64,000 nt of DNA from Malacoraja senta (Eukaryota), in NCBI GenBank assembly GCA_038087875.1, contig CM075978.1:174716001-174780000 (forward strand). The letters run 5' to 3'. The notes beneath the pieces were generated by a model. It saw only the letters and a program-made list of their open reading frames with translations, was not told the DNA's origin and did no database searches. The number at the start of each line of letters is the position of its first letter. The first letter of the stretch is position 1. Of the stretch, positions 57,753 through 64,000 are shown piece after piece. The position numbers were made by a program, and so were the translations under genes.

Positions 57753-60119
57753 TGATCAATATGATCACCCATGATCACATTGAATGGCGGTGCTGGCTCG
57801 AAGGGCCGAATGGCCTACTCCTGCACCTATTGTCTATTGTCTATTGTCTATTGTCTAAAACTAAAGACCCTATCGGATGAGGAGTCACTACTGCCTCTTA
57901 ACTGGTCAGCACAGACCGAAAGTATGTCATTACTAATAGAAATTGTCTCACAAAGGCATGGTGCACAAATAAAGAATAGATTCTCAGAGAGGAATGGAGT
58001 TTTGAAATAGTGTGTGCAGCTATGGTCACCCCATTACAGGAAGGATGTGGACGCGTTGGAAAAGGTGCAGAAGAGGTCTCCCTTAATGCTTAGAAAGAAA
58101 CTGCACATGCTGATTTAAACCTAAAATAGACATAACATGCTGGAGTAACAGCGGGTCAGACAACATCTCTGGAGAGAAAGGATGGGTGACATTTCGGGTC
58201 AGAACTCAGTCTAAAGAAAAGAAGCTGACTGACAAGCTGAGTTACTCCAGCACTTTGTCTACTTTATCTGAATGTTGCCGGATTAGAGAGAATTAGCTAT
58301 AAGGAGAGGTTGGACAAACTTGGATTGTTTTCTCTCGAATGTCAAAGGTTGAGGGAAGATCTAATAGAAGTATATGAAATTATGAGAGGCATAAATAGAG
58401 TAGAGAGTGAGGACCTATTTCAAGGGTTGGAAATGTCAGACGAGGGGGGTTTCTGGGAGAAGAGCAAAGTTTATTGGAAATTTTTCGCCCAATTCTTTTA
58501 CAGAGTGGGCGGTGGGTAGCTGGAACACTGCCGGTGTGGTGGTGAAGGCTGATATAGTGTAATTAAAGGGAAATTTACCGTCATTTCAAGCTCAATGGAT
58601 AATAGGGATGACAGTAATGATCTTGGACGGACACACATATTTTGTTAAACATATATAAAACAAAAACAGACATCAATTTTGCTGCACGAAAAAAAGGGAG
58701 ACAAACTTCTGGTGGACGGCGTTTCAGGCAACAGCGGTGGAAGGAAAAGGATGGACGTTTCGGGTTGGGACCAGGATCTTCAGTTTCTTGTGGACCACTT
58801 TTGCTATCGCGTGTTTCTGGTTTTACACCTGATAAAACAAAACGCCACTGCATATTCGGAAAGTTTAAGACACGCGTTGCTGAGTTATATACCGCATTCA
58901 AATAATCACAGCAACTTCTTCAGCGTTCATACTCCCTCGGACAAACCTAACGCATCCATTAAACAGGTTCAAATGTTTATGTACATCATTAGGGACATTG
59001 CAATGGCAATTTTCACCGTGGGCTGAACGAATACATTTTAAATGCGCCAATGCTATTGACCTATAAAATCGATCATACGATTTATGTTGTAACAGCTACA
59101 ATTTGAAACCACAGATTGTATTTCCATTACGTTGTAATTCACCCTATGCGTGTTATTAAAGATAGGCGAGAAACTGCTTCTTTGCACGCAACGATGCGCG
59201 AGTAAGGATTAAGCAATAAATTCCAATGCAACAGTAACCACATTACGGCGATGGTTCAGGTCAGAAAAAAAACACTTGTTTGCGATGGTAGTGAAGCATC
59301 CGTTCTTCATCTCTTCTGTTTTGCAAATAAAATGTGCCCATCTTTCAGCAAGTCTGCACGTTTTCATTTGAAACGGAATATATTTCTATTCAGGTCATTA
59401 GCAAGCTAAACACCCAGATTCTACATGTGCTAATCCACAAAACAATGTTTGTAATTCGCTCTCATCCACATGTTTGTTGATAACATGTATGGTCAGTGAA
59501 AAGGGGAAGCGAGTGCGTGCTGTGCAGTTTAGTTTAGTTTAGAGATACAGCACGAAACAGGCCCGTCGAGTCCATGCCGACCCGTGTACACTAGTAGTAT
59601 CATACACACTTGGGACAATTTATGTATTTACCGAAACCAATTAATCTACAAACCTGAAGGTCTTTGGAGTGCGGGGGGAAACCGGTACACCCGGACAAAA
59701 CCAACGCGATCACAGGAAGAACGTACAAACTCCGAACCCTGGTCTCTGGTACTGTAAAGCAGAAACTCTACTGCCACTCCTTCGTGTCGCACTTAACACG
59801 TATACTTAATACTTCACATGGAGCCAAACAACTGGGAAATAGATATAATTACACATTTGGGAATCGCTCTGAGGCTGCGGAGAGTGCTCCCCAGGTAAAC
59901 TTAAGTGATATGGAAACAGCTACAAGAACGGAATGGTGTGATTTGTCTGATATTCATATTACGCAAACACCCCATGGATCAGAAAATACTGGAACAGCCT
60001 TCACAATGAGAAGGTAATTGGAATGCGGGATCTGCGATCTGCACAATAAGTCTCCAATTTGAAAACAAAATCATGGCATTATTTTTATGTAACTGACTAA
60101 AGCTCCTTTCATAACTAAA

Positions 60120-61070
60120 AATCGTTTGTTCCATTAATAGAGAAATTTATCATGGTTGTAGATGAGCTTTATTTCTCTCCACCAACGTCGTGTCGATGAA
60201 GATAGTTTTGTGGAACCTCAACCTTCATTGTCCAAAGTGAACAAACATTCATTGGTTTTACTGATGTTGATGGAGAGGTTCCACTCCTCCCATCCCTTGT
60301 TGTTCTGGCGCCATTTGGAGAGTCGGGCGATCTCCCTCCTATTCTCTGACTCGTCTTTGGTAATTCGTCCAACAACGGTGGTGTGGCGTACTTGCAAATC
60401 GTTTTGGAACTGTGTCGGACTACACATTCATGAGTATAGAGCGAGTAGGCAAGCGGCCTAAGAACACGGCCTTGAGGTGCTACTGTGCTGATGGTTTTTG
60501 AGGAGGAAGCGTTGCTGCCATAATGAACAGATTACCGTCTGTTGATGAGGAAGTCAATGATCCAGTTTTAGGGATGCACATGGACCCAATTCCGTGAGAT
60601 TGGTATCCATTATGGAGGGCATGTTGGTGTTGAACACCAAGCTGTAGTTTATGAACAACTGCCTGATATGTGTGTCTTTAATTGTCCAAGTGGTTCATCG
60701 CAGAGTAGAGAGCCAGGAAGATTGTATCCTCTGTTGACCTGTTGTGGTGGAAGGCAAGTTGTAGTGGGTCCAGGTTCTTGTTGAAGTAGTTGATATGCGG
60801 CATAATCAATCTTTCAAATAACTTCCTCAATACGGATGTTAATTGTCACTGGTCGGTAGTCATTGAGGCACGTCATCTTCCTCTTCTTGGGCACCACTAT
60901 TTTGATGCCCTTTTAAAGAAGGTGTGATCGTCAAAGGTTGAAGATGTGCACAACATTTTCAGCCAGTTAAAGGTTGCAAGAACATGAGCAGGTATCCCAT
61001 CAGGTCCAGATGCTTTCTGAGCGTTCACCCCCCTGAAGAATCTTCTGACGTCAGCCTTTGTGACGGAGAT
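60120..61070 (-). mobile_element. Rex1/Babar LINE RT fragment
   Basis: TTVVGRIT..NLSINISKT motif. Confidence 0.7.
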
Positions 61071-61599
61071 TGTGATACCATTGGGCCTATGGGGGCTCGG
61101 GAAGCCGCATCAGTATATTCCTAAATAAAGTGTGCATAAAGCGGCAGACAGATAATTGGACAATGGGCATAGATACAATTACAAATGGTCTACACACACC
61201 AACGTGCAAGAGAAAATGATTAGAGAGTTGTGAAATGTGAAGCTGGGGAATTGATGAGTAGCGAATTGTGTAAGAACGTAGCTGGAGAGGGATGGGAGGA
61301 GAGGGATCGATGCAAGTACAGCCAAGGATCAGGGGTGAGGAGGGGGTGAGAAAGGGTTTATTGGGGAGAAAGGAGATGGGGCGGGGTCGTTTGAGGTTAG
61401 CTAAAATTGGAGAATTCAAAGTTTATTGCTGTTGTGTTATAAGGAAAAAGGGGGCTGTTCCATTCAGTTTGCTTGTGGCCTCACTCTGGGAATGGAGGAG
61501 GCCCAGGATAGAAAGGTCAGTATGGGAATGGGAAGGGGAGTTAAAATAGTTAGTAGCTGGGAGTTCCCGCAGGCCCTAGCGATCGAGCGCAAGCGTCCG

Positions 61600-62360
61600 G
61601 GACAAAATGGTTGCAGAGTCTACCTTTGCCTACGTTTGGTCCTTATCCATCTAAATCTATCTTGTCCATGTACCTGTCTAAATGTTTCTTAAACATTGTG
61701 ATAGTACCTGCCGCAACTACCTCCTCTGTCAGCTTGTTCCCCACATCTACCACCCTTTGTGTAAAGGCATCGCTCCTTAGGTTATTAAAACGTTTCCCCT
61801 TCACCTTAAACCTATGTCCTGTGGTTGTCAATTCCGCTACTCTGGGAAAAAGTACCTTATCTATTTCTCTGCTGATCTTGTAGACCTCTTTAAGATCACC
61901 AGTCGACCTCCTGCACTCCAAGGAATAAAATCCTAGCCTGCTCAATTTCTCCCTATAGCTCAGAACTGGAGACCTGGCAACATCCTCGTAAAACCTATCT
62001 GCACCCTTTACATCTCAACATCTTTCGTGCACCAGACTGACCAAAATTGAACAAACTACTCAAAATGTGCCCACACCAATGTCTTACACAACTGTAACCT
62101 GACCTCCCAACATCTATACTCAATATTCTGACCGATGTGGTCAGAATGCTGAAAGCCTTCTTGGCCAATGTGTTGAAAGCCTTCTTGGCCATCCTATTTA
62201 CTTGTGACGCCACTTTCAAGGGACTATGTACCTGCACTTCCAGATCTTTCTGCCCTGCAACACTCCCCAGAGCCGTGCCATTCACTGTGTAGATCCTACA
62301 TTGGGTTGACCTCCCAAAATGCTCATGCATTTCTATATTAAACTTCATCCACCATTCCTC
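61600..62360 (-). mobile_element. Old CR1 3' fragment
   Basis: ORFs 61643-61945 and 61995-62450. Confidence 0.8.
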
Positions 62361-62369
62361 TGGGGACAG

Positions 62370-63110
62370 GGGAAAGTTTTCCGGGAGGAGGTTATTTGGG
62401 TGGGAAGAGATGAATGGACCATGGAATTGTAGATGGAGCTGTCTCTGCAAAAGGCAGAGTGGGGTGGAGATACGAAAATATGACTGCTGTTCGGATCACA
62501 TCGGAGGTGCCGGAAATGTTGGATGATGATGAGATGAATGCGGAGGCTGGTGGAATGAAAGGTAAGGAACAGGGGATCTCTAACTTTATTGCTTCAACCA
62601 AGGAGTTTCAGAGGGAGTGGTCCCTGCAGAGAGCAGAAACGGTTGGATATGTTAAGATCTGATTTGTAGCGATTCGTAGGATCACTTGGAAGGTAACATA
62701 AATGTCAGAGGCTGATGTGTTGCAAGCCGAGGCTGTTGGGGGTGAAAGATGAGGAACAAGGAACCCGTTTTCCATCCGGTGGGTGAGGGAGAGAGAACAG
62801 AGCTATGGGCCACAGAGGTGACGTGGATCAGGGATTCGTCTATCACAGAAGGGGAGAACTACTTTTACGAAAGAAAGAGGACATCTCAGATAGCCTTGAT
62901 TGAAAAGCCTCATCGTGGGAGCTGTTTGGGGGAATTGAGAATAGGGGATATCGACTTTGCAAGAGCTAGGGTGAAAGGAAGTGTAGTTCAGATAACTGTG
63001 AGTGTCGGTAGGTGTGCAGTAGACGTCAGTCCATAGTCCGTCCTCTGTGGTGGAGCCAGAGGGATCAAGAAAGGGGAGTGAGGTGCAGGAGATAATCCCG
63101 GTGAATCCGT
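62370..63110 (-). mobile_element. Penelope-like element fragment (other 3' remnants at about 8520-8610, 20920-21120 and 61390-61560)
   Basis: Degenerate GIY-YIG-region sequence; the remnants end in LEEQHL..F..QP..MN.EFSNFR-like codons. Confidence 0.55.
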
Positions 63111-63289
63111 CACGACCTAAAACGTCATCAGTCTGAAGAAGGGTCCTGAACCGAAAAACGACACCTATACAGGTTTTCCAGGAATGGAAAGGGTTGGATA
63201 TGTTAAGATAACCTGCTGAATTATTACAGTATATTGTCTTCCTTGTTAAACCAGCATCTGCAGTTCATTGTTTCTTCTTTATCTTTGAC

Positions 63290-63850
63290 GAATCCCCTGG
63301 GCTTGATGGTCTGCATCCCAGGGTACTTAAGGAAGTGGCTCCAGAAATCGTGGACGCATTGATGATCATTTTCCAATGTTCTATAGATTCAGGATCAGTT
63401 TCTGTGAATTGGAGGGTAGATAATGTTATCCCACTTTTTTAAGAATGGAGGGTGAGAGAAAACAGGGAATTATAGACCAGTTAGCCTCACATCGGTGGTG
63501 GGAAAGATGCTGGAGTCAATTATAAAAGATGAAATAGCGGCACATTTGGATATTAGTAACAGGATCGGTCCGAGTCAGCATAGATTTACGAAGGGGAAAT
63601 CATGCTTGACTAATCTTCTGGAACTTTCTGAGGATGTAACCTGGAAAATGGACAAAGGAGAGCCAGTGGATGCCGTGCACCTGGACTTTCAGAAAATCTT
63701 TGGTAAGGTCCCGCATAGGAGATTAGTGGGCAAAATTAGGGCACATGGTATTAGAGGTAAGGTACTGACATGGATAGAAAATTGGTTGGCAGACAGGAAG
63801 CAAAGAGTAGGGTTTAACGGGCCACTTTCAGAATGGCAGGCAGTGACTTT
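63290..63850 (+). mobile_element. CR1 RT fragment interrupted by a Harbinger-type end
   Basis: ORF 63495-63980 reads as CR1 RT up to WQAVT. Confidence 0.88.
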
Positions 63851-63853
63851 TAA

Positions 63854-64000
63854 AGGCCTGTCTCACGAGTCTGCGGTCTATGGCGGCGAAACGGGAAGAA
63901 TTTGCCGCCATAGACCGCGCACTCGTGAGAAAGTACAATTCTCGGACCGTGCGTCGGTGTTCCCAACAGTGCTAAAATAAATTCGACAATGTCCAAAACT
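63854..64000. mobile_element. Left end of another Harbinger-family element, running out of the window
   Basis: TAA|AGGCCTGTCTCAC, the same 13-bp terminus as 42110. Confidence 0.8.

Overview
Vertebrate genomic DNA, most likely a cartilaginous fish (skate/ray), inferred from HE1-like tRNA-SINEs and dense CR1, Rex/Babar and Penelope fragments. It has one assembly gap (N 9826-9959). Host gene 1 is a SEPT7-family septin on the + strand. Eleven exons (3168-25864) are traceable and the 5' exons lie upstream of the window; the P-loop exon is 1 nt short as assembled. Host gene 2 is a non-rearranging immunoglobulin-superfamily receptor on the - strand (about 48357-53399), reconstructed by hand: 46-nt leader, single-exon V domain with a built-in J-like motif, C1-set domain, uncharged TM exon, 23-nt cytoplasmic exon and a terminal exon with an ITIM-consensus motif. 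Between its C1 and TM exons is a candidate alternative short terminal exon with poly(A) signals (possible secreted form). A degenerate, partly inverted relic of a paralog lies at about 32390-33300. The mobile elements are: (a) a Gypsy LTR element (34400-41963) with a nested young CR1 and an inverted duplication that creates a third LTR; (b) a two-gene PIF/Harbinger transposon (42110-47146) and related MITEs; (c) two copies of a ~1 kb non-autonomous DNA transposon with 7-bp TSDs; (d) an L1-type 3' fragment and many SINE/LINE remnants. All coordinates and translations were read by eye and no database search was run.
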